Source: an uncultured Actinomycetes bacterium (GTDB lineage Bacteria > Actinomycetota > UBA4738 > HRBIN12). From it: a stretch of 64,000 nt of DNA. A program made the position numbers and the translations under genes. Below, piece by piece: positions 1 to 10,806 of this stretch; the stretch's first letter is position 1; every line of letters begins with the position of its first letter. The notes beneath the pieces were generated by a model. It did not search any database, was not told the DNA's origin, and saw only the letters and a list, made by a program, of their open reading frames with translations. The stretch is taken from positions 174,308-238,307 of the forward strand of contig CAWEPI010000014.1 in assembly GCA_963810945.1 (NCBI GenBank), given 5' to 3'.

Positions 1-256
1 TCACCACGGCGGTGAGGACGAGGATCGGCACCTCACGCGTGGCGTCGTCGTGGCGCAGCGTTTCGAGGACGTCGTAGCCGCTCACCGCGGGCATCATCAG
101 GTCGAGGACGATGAGGTCGGGGTGCGCCGAACGGGCCATGTCGATGCCTGATCTTCCTCCTTCGGCCATCACGACCTCGTGCCCGGCTCCCGCGACGGCG
201 TACCGAAGGACGGTCCCGACCACGCTCTCATCGTCGATCACCAGTACGCGTGACAC
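1..256 (-). CDS. Response regulator receiver protein (runs off window start)
   Basis: Manual translation from GTG at 256: MSRVLVIDDE...PDLIVLDLMMP...VPILVLTA, a CheY-like fold with DD, phospho-Asp and T; GAGGGG SD upstream. Not in the ORF track. Confidence 0.85.
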   Translation of the reverse strand, partial: MSRVLVIDDESVVGTVLRYAVAGAGHEVVMAEGGRSGIDMARSAHPDLIVLDLMMPAVSGYDVLETLRHDDATREVPILVLTAVV

Positions 257-330
257 GTTCGTCCCCTCAGACGGTTCGGAACTGGTATCGGCGTGCGCAG
301 GCCCCAGCTGAACCGGATCCTCCGAAAGGC

Positions 331-1452
331 TCAGGTCGAGATGCGGATCACGGTGCGGATGACCTCGCCGGCGAGCATCGCGCGGAACGCCTCCGCGATA
401 TCGGATGCGGTGAGCCGGCCTTCTCGTGAGACCATCGCGTCGAGGTCGAGCGTTCCGTCCACCGCCCAATCCAGCCAGGTCACGAAGTCCGCGAGCAGGG
501 CGTCACCCCCGTCGGTCACGAGCAGGGACGCCTTGTTCGCATACGCCGCCCCCGGCCCCTCGCTCCAATCGAGCGTCACGTGGCTGCCCGGCGGCGGCAC
601 GCCGATCGCCACGGCAACGCCCGCGCTACCGAGCATCGAGACGGCCTGGCTCACCACCGCGGGCACGCCGGTAGCCTCGATAGCGACGTCGACGCCTGCG
701 CCGTCGGTGAGCGTGCGCACCGCCGCCACCGGATCCATCGTGCTCGCGTCGATCGTGTCGGTCGCTCCCATCGCGCGCGCCCGCTCGAGTTTCGCGGGCT
801 TGAGATCGATCGCGATCGATCGGGTGGCTCCGGCGATCCGGGCGCCCTGGAGCGCCGCCAGGCCGATCCCTCCGAGCCCCACGACGGCCACCGAGGCGCC
901 GGGCCACACGCCGGCCGTGTTTACGGCGGCGCCCATCCCGGTCGACGCCCCACAGCCGAGGAGACACACGCGCGAGAGGTCGGCGACGACGGGGACGCGG
1001 ATCGCCTGGGCCGCGTGCACCACCGTGGCCGTCGCGAGCGTGCCGAGAGAGAGCGTGCCTTCCAGCCTTTGGGCTGAGCTCCGTAGCGTGATACGGGGTG
1101 GCTGCCGCCACGCATGCGCGCACTTGCGCGGCGCCCCGCGTCGACACGTCGCGCAGCTGCCGCAGGGCACACCCCATGCGAGGAGCACGCGGTCGCCCGC
1201 GGCGAGGGCATCGACCCCTTCCCCCACATCCGCCACGACGCCGGCCCCCTCGTGGCCCAGCAGCATCGGGAACGGCGCACCCCAGTTCCCGTGATGCATC
1301 GCCCAGTGGTCGCTGTGACAGACGCCGCTCGCCGCCAGGCGGACCCGCACCTCGCCGGGCCCGGGAGGATCCACGAGGATCGGTTCGATCCGGACCGGCC
1401 CACCGGGCGCATCGACCACCGCTCCCGACCCTTCCATCGCGCGACCGGGCAT
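331..1452 (-). CDS. Zn-dependent alcohol dehydrogenase (class III / mycothiol-dependent formaldehyde dehydrogenase-like)
   Basis: GVCHSD, GHEGAG, structural Zn CGSCATC...C, GCGASTG, GLGGIG NAD motif. Confidence 0.85.
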   Translation of the reverse strand: MPGRAMEGSGAVVDAPGGPVRIEPILVDPPGPGEVRVRLAASGVCHSDHWAMHHGNWGAPFPMLLGHEGAGVVADVGEGVDALAAGDRVLLAWGVPCGSCATCRRGAPRKCAHAWRQPPRITLRSSAQRLEGTLSLGTLATATVVHAAQAIRVPVVADLSRVCLLGCGASTGMGAAVNTAGVWPGASVAVVGLGGIGLAALQGARIAGATRSIAIDLKPAKLERARAMGATDTIDASTMDPVAAVRTLTDGAGVDVAIEATGVPAVVSQAVSMLGSAGVAVAIGVPPPGSHVTLDWSEGPGAAYANKASLLVTDGGDALLADFVTWLDWAVDGTLDLDAMVSREGRLTASDIAEAFRAMLAGEVIRTVIRIST

Positions 1453-1456
1453 GCGT

Positions 1457-3043
1457 CTACGTGGTCCTCGGGACGATCGCGAAGATGCTGATCTCCCGGC
1501 TCACGCCTTTGAGTCCCGTGACGTCGACGGGCGTCGCCTCCACGGCGTCGCCCACCTCCCTCAGCGTGCGCTCCGTGACGAGGATCTGCCCCGCGGTGGC
1601 GCGGTCGGCGAGGCGCGACGCGAGGTTCACCTCGTTCCCGAGCACCGTGTAGTCGCTCCGTGCGGCCGGACCGATGTCGCCCACCGTGACCCAACCGGTC
1701 GTGATGCCCATCCCGATCCTGAAGGGATCGCGGTACCTCCCCAACCATTCCTGCTCCAGCTCCGACATCCGCCGCTGCATGTCGAACGCCATCCGCACCG
1801 CTCGCAGGGCATGGTCGTGCTGCGGGAGCGGGTCGCCGAAGAACACCATCAGCGCATCCCCGACGTACTTGTCCAGCGTGCCGCCGTGCCGGAACACGAT
1901 CTCGGTCATCTGCGCGAGGTAGTCGTTCAGCTGGTCCACGAGTTCCTCGGGCTCCATGCGCTCCGACGCCGACGTGAACCCGCGGACGTCGGAGAAGAAG
2001 GTCGTGAGGAACTTGCGTCTGGGCGCGAGCGTCAGGTCGCGCTCCTCGCTCACGATCGACTCCGCGACGCTCGGAGAGAGGTAGCGCTTGAGGCGTGAGA
2101 CGCGTTCGATCTCGTTCACCTTGGCATCCACCGTCTCCTGCAGTCCGGCGTTCAGCGACTCGAGGTTCTCGTAGAGGCTCGCGAGCTGCTCGGTGGTCCG
2201 GTTGAGGTTCTTCGTCAGGTTCCCGAACTCGTCGCGGTTCGGCACCTCGACCCGCGTGTGGAAGTCGCCGTCGGCGATGCGCTCCAGCGCTCCGTCCACA
2301 CGGCGGACGGGCCGGATCAACGACCAGGAGAGGACGGCGCCCAGCGCCAGCGCACCCAGCAGGCTCACACCGGAGAAGGAGGCAACCGCGATCGTGAGGA
2401 ACCGGCGGTGCCGTTCGAAGGACTGCGTCTCGGCCTCGACGAGTCGCTCCGAGTTCGCGATCAGCACGTTCAACGAGTCCTCGAGCGCATGCGAGATCGT
2501 GTGCTCCTCGGCGATGTGCAATTCCAACGCCTCGCGCAGGTGCTTCTCGTCATAGAGCCTCGTGACCTCGTCGCTCGAGGCCGTGAACAGATCGTTCGTC
2601 TGCGCCAGCTGGTCGAAGAGCTCGGGCTGCCGCGGGATGGCGTACGTGCGGATGCTCGCCAGATCGGCCGCGAACGTATCCTTCGCCGCGTAGATCTTGT
2701 CCACGTACGTGGGATCGTGCGTGAGCAGCGCCATCGCTCGATAGTGGCTCTGCGCCGTGACCGAGTAGATCATCTCCCGCGCCTGGTCCGTCTGGTGGCT
2801 CAGCGCGGTGAGCCTGTCCACCTGATCGTTGATCCGGTCCACCACGACGATGCTGAGCGCGCCCATGGACAGGAGCAGGAGCGCGATCAGCAGGAACCCC
2901 GCGAGGAGCTTCACGTGCACGGTGGCGCGGATGCGTGCGACCCAATCGACCAACGGCCGGGCGAAACTCGGGAGCGGCCCCAGCTCGTTCTCGCTCGTGA
3001 ACGGGACACGTGGATCGGCGGACGATGCGGCGTCGACGGACAT
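1457..3043 (-). CDS. Membrane class III adenylate/guanylate cyclase with extracellular sensor and HAMP domain
   Basis: Two TM helices, HAMP (RPVRRV...NRDEFGNL), cyclase motifs FFSDVRGFT, LDKYVGDAL, DYTVLGNEVNLASRL. Confidence 0.9.
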   Translation of the reverse strand: MSVDAASSADPRVPFTSENELGPLPSFARPLVDWVARIRATVHVKLLAGFLLIALLLLSMGALSIVVVDRINDQVDRLTALSHQTDQAREMIYSVTAQSHYRAMALLTHDPTYVDKIYAAKDTFAADLASIRTYAIPRQPELFDQLAQTNDLFTASSDEVTRLYDEKHLREALELHIAEEHTISHALEDSLNVLIANSERLVEAETQSFERHRRFLTIAVASFSGVSLLGALALGAVLSWSLIRPVRRVDGALERIADGDFHTRVEVPNRDEFGNLTKNLNRTTEQLASLYENLESLNAGLQETVDAKVNEIERVSRLKRYLSPSVAESIVSEERDLTLAPRRKFLTTFFSDVRGFTSASERMEPEELVDQLNDYLAQMTEIVFRHGGTLDKYVGDALMVFFGDPLPQHDHALRAVRMAFDMQRRMSELEQEWLGRYRDPFRIGMGITTGWVTVGDIGPAARSDYTVLGNEVNLASRLADRATAGQILVTERTLREVGDAVEATPVDVTGLKGVSREISIFAIVPRTT

Positions 3044-3187
3044 GGGCCCCCCTCTTGGGCACGTGAACTGCGTTCGAGGCTCTGAATCTATGCCCCTGTC
3101 CTCGCCGGACGCCAGCGGTCCGTTTGACCTACCAAGTTCCGCGGAAGAGACTCGCCGGGTTGGAGATCTACGGATGAGGAGGGAACG

Positions 3188-3568
3188 TTGAGAGCGAAGC
3201 TGCTTCCGACCGCCGTCGCGCTCGCCGTCGCGGCGACGCTGACCCTCGCCGGGATGGCGAGCGCGGGCACCGCCGCGGTGACGACGCTCACGATCAAGGC
3301 GCAGTCAGGCGACTTCTCGGGCTACATCGACAGCCCGCGACCGCTGAAGTGCGCGAAGGGGCGCAAGGTCGTGCTGTACAAGCAGAAGGGCGCGGAACAG
3401 AACCTCAGCGTCGACAAGAGGGTCGCGAGCGACACCGCAGACCTCAGCGGAGACCGCTACGCATGGTCGACGGGGAACACGGGGCTCTCCGGCAAGTTCT
3501 ACGCTCACGTGAATCGGACGCCCGACTGCAAGCCGGCGTCCAGCAGGACGGTGAAGACCAAGCACTAA
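3188..3568 (+). CDS. Hypothetical secreted protein
   Basis: Signal peptide ending ASA; GAGGAGG SD before TTG; two Cys; GC3-rich codons. Confidence 0.7.
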   Translation: MRAKLLPTAVALAVAATLTLAGMASAGTAAVTTLTIKAQSGDFSGYIDSPRPLKCAKGRKVVLYKQKGAEQNLSVDKRVASDTADLSGDRYAWSTGNTGLSGKFYAHVNRTPDCKPASSRTVKTKH

Positions 3569-3756
3569 CCGGGCGCGCCAACGACCGCCGGGAGCACCAT
3601 CCCGATCCGACCAAGCACCGCCGCGTGCGCGGCGTCGGGTCCGCGTTCACGATCACCGTCGCCGGCGGCGCGCACGACGGCGCGAGCGCTGTGCGAGCCC
3701 GTTCGCGGGTGAGCGTGGGACCATGTCGATGCAACCGACGTGGGAGGATGCATCCG

Positions 3757-4146
3757 GTGGACGTGAAGACCCTGGACGACGTGCCGCTGTTCGAGAAGCT
3801 GTCGAAGAAGGACCGCAAGCGCATCGCGCAGTGGGCGGACGAGATCGACGAGCCCGCCGGCTACCACATGCTGGATCAGGGGCGGCTCGCCCACGAGTTC
3901 TTCGTCCTCCTGGAGGGCACCGTCGAGGTCCGCCAGGACGGGAACCACCTCACCGATCTGGGGCCGGGCGACTTCTTCGGTGAGATCGCCCTCGTGGAGC
4001 ATGAGCGACGCACCGCGAGCATCATGACGACCACACCGGTGCGCGCGATCGTGATGCACGCGCGCGACTTCGACGCCATGCGCGCACAGATGCCTGAGGT
4101 CGCCTCGGAGATCGAAGCCGCGATCCGCGCGCGGCTCGCCCGTTAG
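3757..4146 (+). CDS. Stand-alone cyclic nucleotide-binding domain protein
   Basis: VPLFEKL...FFVLLEGTVEV...LGPGDFFGEIAL...RRTAS phosphate-binding cassette; GGAGG at 3743-3747 favours GTG 3757 (alternative ATG 3748). Confidence 0.85.
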   Translation: MDVKTLDDVPLFEKLSKKDRKRIAQWADEIDEPAGYHMLDQGRLAHEFFVLLEGTVEVRQDGNHLTDLGPGDFFGEIALVEHERRTASIMTTTPVRAIVMHARDFDAMRAQMPEVASEIEAAIRARLAR

Positions 4147-4940
4147 GAGGGCGACCAGATGAACGGGGTGGTCGTCGTGACCGGGACGAACCCCAGCCGC
4201 TCGAGGATCGGCCGGCTGTCGTCGGAGGCGTCGACCTCCAGGTAGCGGAACCCGCGGTCGGCGGCGAGGTTCGCACGGTAGGCCACGAGCGCCCGATAGA
4301 TGCCGCGTCCGCGCCATGCGGGCAAGGTCGCGCCACCCCAGAGCGTCGCGAAGTCGGTGCTCGCGACGAAGCGCACCCAGGCGGCGCACACCACCGTATC
4401 GGCGGCCTCGGCGACGACGATCGTCATCGCGTCGGGATCCGCCGCACGCTCGGCCTCGAGGCTCGCGGCCATCCAGCTGTGGTCGTCGGACCAGACCTCC
4501 TGCTCCATCGCCTGGATGCGATCGAAGTCCCTGCGCTCCGTCACCTCACGCAGCGCGACGTCGTCGGGGAGCGTCGGTGGCGCCGCGATGGCAGCGACGG
4601 ACGCGATCACCACGGTCTCCGATCCCTCCGCCACGAACCCCTGGGCCCGCAGCCGCTCGGGCAAGTCGGGAGGATGGTCGTGGGCGTGAACCTTCCACTC
4701 GAACGCCTCACCGCGCTCGGAGAAGATCCGCACCTGTCGGGCGATCAGCTCGTCGAGGGCGGCGCCCTCGAGTCCATCGAGGTCGCGGTAGCCAACGAAT
4801 CCGCCGTTCTCGAATCCCGTGAAGCGCAGCAGCGGGCCGTCGGGCTCGACCCCCACGCCCTCCGGCAGCCGTGCGGGGACGAAGGTGCGCAGTTGCGCGT
4901 CGTAGGCTTCGCGCAGCTCAGCAGGATCCAGGTGGGCCAT
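4143..4940 (-). CDS. GNAT family N-acetyltransferase
   Basis: LWGGATLPAWRGRGIYRAL acetyl-CoA motif A; SRPILERLGF. Confidence 0.85.
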   Translation of the reverse strand: MAHLDPAELREAYDAQLRTFVPARLPEGVGVEPDGPLLRFTGFENGGFVGYRDLDGLEGAALDELIARQVRIFSERGEAFEWKVHAHDHPPDLPERLRAQGFVAEGSETVVIASVAAIAAPPTLPDDVALREVTERRDFDRIQAMEQEVWSDDHSWMAASLEAERAADPDAMTIVVAEAADTVVCAAWVRFVASTDFATLWGGATLPAWRGRGIYRALVAYRANLAADRGFRYLEVDASDDSRPILERLGFVPVTTTTPFIWSPS

Positions 4941-5015
4941 GCCGTCGACTCTACGAGACCGGGTGCGACGCGGTGATCCGCGGGACCGTCCGGACCCGCG
5001 GGTAATGGTCCTGCT

Positions 5016-6011
5016 TCAGAGCTCCGTCTCCGCGTGGGCGTAGTACTCGTAGGCGGACATCGGCTTCCCACTCGCCGACCTCCACGGCCGCTCGGCCTCG
5101 GGGAGCTTCCCCAAGGTCTTCGCCATCGCGCGGACGTGGCCGGCGACGGAACCACAGCAGGAGCCGATGAATCCGATGCGGGCCTCGTGGGCATCCCTCG
5201 CGAAGCGGGCCATCTCGTTCCGCGTGAGCTGCATCGCATCCATCGCGAAGGGGAAGTTCTCGAACGACGTGAAGTCGGGCTTGGCATCCGTGGTCCGATA
5301 CGCGACGGGTTGTACCGCCACGTGCCCGTCGACGGCGCCACGCATCTCCAGCGCGATCGGGAGCTGTTGCGCGGGCCCGTTCAGACAGTTCACGCCGACG
5401 ATGTCGGCGCCCGCGTCGGCGAGCACCCTCGCGCACTCGGCGGGCGTATCGCCCTCATAGGAGCGTGCCGGCAGCTGCTCGTAGGACATCGTGACCATCA
5501 CGGGCTGGTCCGTCGTCCTCGCGCGCTCGACGAACAGGAGCGCCTCCTGCAGGTACGAGAACGTCTCGCCGATCCAGAAGTCCACCCCGCCCGCGTCGAT
5601 CTGCGCTTGGAGCTGACGATCGAAGAGCGCACGCACGTGATCGGCGCTCGCCGGATCTTCGGGGTCGTAGGCCCACGTGAGCGAGAGGTTCCCGGCGACG
5701 AGCGCATCGCCCTCTGCGGCGACCGAGCGCGCGATCCGCACCGCGTCCCGGTTGATCTCGTCGACCTTGCCCTCCAGCCCCACCGTGGCGAGCTTGTCGT
5801 CGCTCGCATAGAACGTCATCGTCTGGAGCACGTCGACGCCGGCGCGCAGGAACTCCCTGTGGAGCTCGACGAGCGCCTCCGGATGGTCGATCACGACCTC
5901 GGGCGTGAAGGGGCCGGCCTGCACGTAGCCCCGCTTCTCGAGCTCGAGCAGGTACCCGCCGTCACCGAGCACCGGCCCGTCAGAGAGTCGCTCCAGGATC
6001 CCTCGGGTCAC
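5016..6011 (-). CDS. Homocysteine S-methyltransferase, betaine-homocysteine methyltransferase (BHMT)-like
   Basis: GILERL...DGG...LEKRGYVQAGPFTPE...LHREFLRAG...TFYASDDKL resembles the BHMT N-terminus; Zn ligands GVNC and GSCCG. Confidence 0.85.
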   Translation of the reverse strand: MTRGILERLSDGPVLGDGGYLLELEKRGYVQAGPFTPEVVIDHPEALVELHREFLRAGVDVLQTMTFYASDDKLATVGLEGKVDEINRDAVRIARSVAAEGDALVAGNLSLTWAYDPEDPASADHVRALFDRQLQAQIDAGGVDFWIGETFSYLQEALLFVERARTTDQPVMVTMSYEQLPARSYEGDTPAECARVLADAGADIVGVNCLNGPAQQLPIALEMRGAVDGHVAVQPVAYRTTDAKPDFTSFENFPFAMDAMQLTRNEMARFARDAHEARIGFIGSCCGSVAGHVRAMAKTLGKLPEAERPWRSASGKPMSAYEYYAHAETEL

Positions 6012-6023
6012 GACCGCGTCCCC

Positions 6024-6404
6024 TCAGATCACGTGGAACCCGAGGATCTTCCCTACGCGCACCGCGCCCGGCATCGACTTCCACTCCACGTCGTAGGCGC
6101 CGTGGCCACTCGGCGGGAACTGCGCAGCCCACTTGATCGACGACGTGAAGATGGGGCCGTGCTTGTGGACGCGGAAGCCGTGGCAGGTCACGGTGTCGTC
6201 GGGCGCCGTCACGCAGAGGCGGTACTTCGTGAAGTAGCGGGCCGCGAGCGAGATGCTGAGCGTCCTGATGCCGTGCACGTTGGCGGTGCTCTCGCAGATG
6301 TCGCCCGTCGGGCTGCAGTAGGTCGTCGGTCGGTGATGCGCGCTCGCCGTCACCGGCACCGCGAGCAACCCCAGGGCGACCATCATCGTCACGATCCAGC
6401 GCAT
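6024..6404 (-). CDS. Hypothetical secreted protein
   Basis: AGGAGG SD before ATG 6404; signal peptide MRWIVT...VTASA; four Cys. Confidence 0.7.
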   Translation of the reverse strand: MRWIVTMMVALGLLAVPVTASAHHRPTTYCSPTGDICESTANVHGIRTLSISLAARYFTKYRLCVTAPDDTVTCHGFRVHKHGPIFTSSIKWAAQFPPSGHGAYDVEWKSMPGAVRVGKILGFHVI

Positions 6405-6511
6405 CGGCGAGCCTCCTATCCGCGCGCCGCGGTCCCTGCGACCCGGCGACGTCCGAACTGAGGCTACCCCACGCCACTCGCACATCCGGGAACCGTGCCA
6501 AGCTGGCTCCC

Positions 6512-6931
6512 GTGAGCAGCGCCCGTACCGGTGAGCCTCCCCCGTTCCTGGAGCTCGACTTCATCTACACGCCGAGCACCGATGTCGCCGTCGACATGGC
6601 CTACTGCACGGACGTCCTCGGTGGTCGCATCGTCTTCGCGGTGGAGGGCATGGGCGCGAGGGTGGCCGCGATCGAGCTCGCGACGGGCCCTCCCCTGCTC
6701 CTGCTCACCGATCACGTCGAGGGTGAGCGACCGATCCTCGTCTATCGGGTCGAGGACCTCGAGGCGACGCTCGCGCGCCAGGAAGATGCCGGATGGGTCC
6801 GGGAACGCAGCTTCGAGATCCCGCACGGTCCGTGCTGCTCGTTCCGCACACCGGGCGGCCATCGCCTCGCGCTCTACGAGCTGACGCGTCCCGAAGCCGC
6901 CACGCACTTCGACGGGCGCCGCGACTTCTGA
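6512..6931 (+). CDS. VOC / glyoxalase family protein
   Basis: LDFIY...YCTDVLGG...VYRVEDL...FEIPHG...FRTPGGHRLALYE beta-alpha-beta-beta-beta pattern. Confidence 0.75.
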   Translation: MSSARTGEPPPFLELDFIYTPSTDVAVDMAYCTDVLGGRIVFAVEGMGARVAAIELATGPPLLLLTDHVEGERPILVYRVEDLEATLARQEDAGWVRERSFEIPHGPCCSFRTPGGHRLALYELTRPEAATHFDGRRDF

Positions 6932-6964
6932 ACCCGAGACCGGGCGACGCCTGGCCTCCGGTGA

Positions 6965-8076
<1,112 letters not shown>

Positions 8077-8094
8077 CGTCCTCCCCGATCAACT

Positions 8095-8170
8095 CCGGGC
8101 GATGCGGAGCGTCGGTGAGCTCGTTCGCTCCCGCGATCGCGGCGAGCACCTCTTCCGTCCAAGCGGTCGA
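8095..8170 (-). pseudogene. Short remnant resembling the N-terminus of DUF2255 proteins
   Basis: Translates AWTEEVLAAIAGANELTDAPHRP, similar from memory to the DUF2255 start (WT..EL..I..A.EL.IA..R); no start codon and no continuation. Confidence 0.35.
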
Positions 8171-8313
8171 TGCGGGCTCCGATCCAGATGCTCCGTGGGT
8201 CGTACGTCTTGCCACGTACGTGTGGGTACGAAACCACGATGCTAATCCTCCAGTACCGGTGCCTGGGAGAGGCAGTCTGAGCGTGGGCACGTGTTCGTGT
8301 CATCGTACTGTCC

Positions 8314-8835
8314 ATGCTCGCGGCTGAGGCCTACCAACCGTACCAGTGGCACGACTTCTTCCTTGTGGTCGGAGGCGCGGCGGCGGCACTGGCCGGTTTG
8401 GTCTTCGTGGCCTTGTCCCTCAACCTCGACGTCGTCATGCGTGATGCCACGCATCGATACCGCGCCATCGGTACGCTGACGAACTTCGTTGGAATCTTCG
8501 CGGTATGCGCGCTTGCGCTGATGGGCGGGCAGAACCATGTGGCTATCGGAACCGAATGGTTGCTTGCATCGATCGGGGCAGGCGCGGTGTATGTATATGG
8601 CTACCTGCGGGCTCGCACGGCTGGCGGAAGTCAAACCACATTGAGCCTTCTGCGAACCGTAAGCGGTACTGGCCTCTACCTCGCGCAGATCCTAGGATCC
8701 ATCCTGCTTCTGCTCGATGCGATGGCCGGGTTGTACATCGCTGGCATCTCGATGGTGATCTTGACCGCTTACTCGGTTTCCGGAGCATGGTTGCTGCTCG
8801 TCGGCGTGCACCACGACGACCAAGGCCGCGGCTAG
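8314..8835 (+). CDS. Hypothetical integral membrane protein (about 5 TM)
   Basis: WHDFFLVVGGAAAALAGLVFVALSLN and further hydrophobic helices ending GAWLLLV. Confidence 0.75.
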   Translation: MLAAEAYQPYQWHDFFLVVGGAAAALAGLVFVALSLNLDVVMRDATHRYRAIGTLTNFVGIFAVCALALMGGQNHVAIGTEWLLASIGAGAVYVYGYLRARTAGGSQTTLSLLRTVSGTGLYLAQILGSILLLLDAMAGLYIAGISMVILTAYSVSGAWLLLVGVHHDDQGRG

Positions 8836-8922
8836 CGCGGATCGAGGATCCACCCTCGGTGCACGCGCGAGACACGGTCGGTTCAACGATTGCGACTGCT
8901 TGGCAAACGCGCTTCGACCCGC

Positions 8923-9603
8923 TCAAGCCGGCAGCTCGACAGCAAGCCACCGTTCGATGTTCCGCTTGAGCACCGCCAACATACGCGCCTGCATGACCCA
9001 GACCACAGGGATATAGAGCCAAGAGACGACGAAGCGCTCGATCCATTTAGGCCGGAAGGCTTGATAACCGCCGATGACGAGACGGGCGCACCCGCCGGGC
9101 ACCTCCCTCAGCTGGAAGCCCCAGAGTCCTTCGATGTATGCGGATGGCCGTGGCAGGCTGGGGTCGAGGTTGCGGCCTCGGAGATCGGTCAGCCCACGCA
9201 ATCCTAAGAACCGGTTCGGTTCAAGCGCGGCAACCTCCCAGGCGTCCACGGGACCACTCCGTGTCCAGTACTTGACGTAGTCGCCGGGGGCCAGGTCCTG
9301 CCACTCGGGGTGAACTTCATGGGCACTTGGGCGACCTCCATTGTCGAGGACGTCCCAGGAGTACCAACCCCCACGATCACCACCCATCTGGACGAGCCAT
9401 GGCCAGACCTGTTCGGGCGGCGCCTCGATCGTGACGGCCATCGTCGCTGCGCGCTTACCGTCGGGGACAAGGTCAGCGCCCGGATACGGGCCAGTGACCT
9501 CTTCATCGGTTGCGCCCCAGTGCATAAGCCTCGGGCGCACCCAGACTCCGTAGACGGCCGCCGCCGCGACCCCTATGACCGCAACCTTGCGCCCGTAGGT
9601 CAT
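8923..9603 (-). CDS. SRPBCC-like family protein
   Basis: WGATDEEV...PGADLV...AVTIEAPPEQVWPWLVQMGGDRGGWYS; start taken at ATG 9603 (ORF open to 9636). Confidence 0.75.
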   Translation of the reverse strand: MTYGRKVAVIGVAAAAVYGVWVRPRLMHWGATDEEVTGPYPGADLVPDGKRAATMAVTIEAPPEQVWPWLVQMGGDRGGWYSWDVLDNGGRPSAHEVHPEWQDLAPGDYVKYWTRSGPVDAWEVAALEPNRFLGLRGLTDLRGRNLDPSLPRPSAYIEGLWGFQLREVPGGCARLVIGGYQAFRPKWIERFVVSWLYIPVVWVMQARMLAVLKRNIERWLAVELPA

Positions 9604-9795
9604 GCAAGAAGTTTGGGACGCCATGTCCGGCGCCACAAGGGACGAACGTCACATGCCCGATGGGATCCCAGTGGCGAGACCCACCGGGTCGTGAACCGGT
9701 GCGACCACCGATCGACGAGTCCGGCGCGTCCGACGCCGGCTACGCTCGGGATAGGATCGACGTTCGTCGTCGAGGGGGCACCCCGGAGGTTCGCG

Positions 9796-10806
9796 TTGAT
9801 CGTCGATGCACACAGCCACATCCTCAGCCTCGCCGAGGATCCGGAGTTCACCCTCGCCTACGGACGCGAGGGATCGCTCTGCATCTATCGATCGATGGGA
9901 CTCCTGCCGTCGCATCGCATGCCCACCGACGACGAGTGGGAGGCAAGCGGGTACACGCGCAAGGGGTGGCCGGTGATCGGCCCCGAGGAGTCGCTCCGCG
10001 ACCACCCGGGGTTCGACAAGGTCGTCGTCCTCGCGATCTCGCCGCAGATCCTCGAAGGGCGCCTCATCGGCACCGTGGATCCCACGGACCTGTTGGGCAT
10101 CGGCGGACCGAAGGATCCGGAGCGCTGCAACGACACGATCGCCGGGGTCGTGCGCGCGGTCCCCGAGCGGTTCATCGGGTTCGCCTCGGTGAACCCCGCG
10201 TACCGGGGCGTCGAGGCCGCCGTGGAGGAGCTCGAGCGGGCCGTGACCGACCTCGGCCTCGCCGGGCTGAAGCTCTACCCGATGTATCAGCACTGGGCCG
10301 CCAACGACCCCGAGCTCGCGTTCCCCATCTACGCGAAGGCCCAGGAGCTCGGGATCCCCGTGATGATCCACCAAGCCGGCTCCACGAGGATCGACGCGAA
10401 GCTGGAGCTGGGTCGCCCGGCCCTGCTGGACGACATCGGGCGCGCGTTCCGCGACCTCCGCGTGATCATCGCGCACTGCGGTCTCCCCTGGGTGGACGAA
10501 GCCCTGTTCCTGCTCACCAAGCACCCGAACTTCTTCGCGGAGCTCTCCTACCTGATCGCGACGCTCACGCGGCGCGACCTGTTCCTCCTCCTCTCGCGAT
10601 GCGAGCCGATGTTCGTCCCGCTCGAGAAGCTCTTCTTCGGCACGGACTACCCGGGCTTCCTCTACGACCCGGTCGGGCTGCGCGAGAAGCTGATGACCGT
10701 GAACGAGGAGGCGGATGCTCTCCGGATGGAGCCGATCGCCCAGCGGAAGCTCGACGGGATCATGGGCGACAACGTCGCGCGGGTCCTCGGCCTGGTCGAC
10801 GCCTAG
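9796..10806 (+). CDS. Amidohydrolase_2 family metalloenzyme (decarboxylase/hydratase-type)
   Basis: IVDAHSH, GLKLYP, PVMIH, IIAHCGLP, FGTDYP; GGAGGT SD before TTG 9796. Confidence 0.85.
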   Translation: MIVDAHSHILSLAEDPEFTLAYGREGSLCIYRSMGLLPSHRMPTDDEWEASGYTRKGWPVIGPEESLRDHPGFDKVVVLAISPQILEGRLIGTVDPTDLLGIGGPKDPERCNDTIAGVVRAVPERFIGFASVNPAYRGVEAAVEELERAVTDLGLAGLKLYPMYQHWAANDPELAFPIYAKAQELGIPVMIHQAGSTRIDAKLELGRPALLDDIGRAFRDLRVIIAHCGLPWVDEALFLLTKHPNFFAELSYLIATLTRRDLFLLLSRCEPMFVPLEKLFFGTDYPGFLYDPVGLREKLMTVNEEADALRMEPIAQRKLDGIMGDNVARVLGLVDA

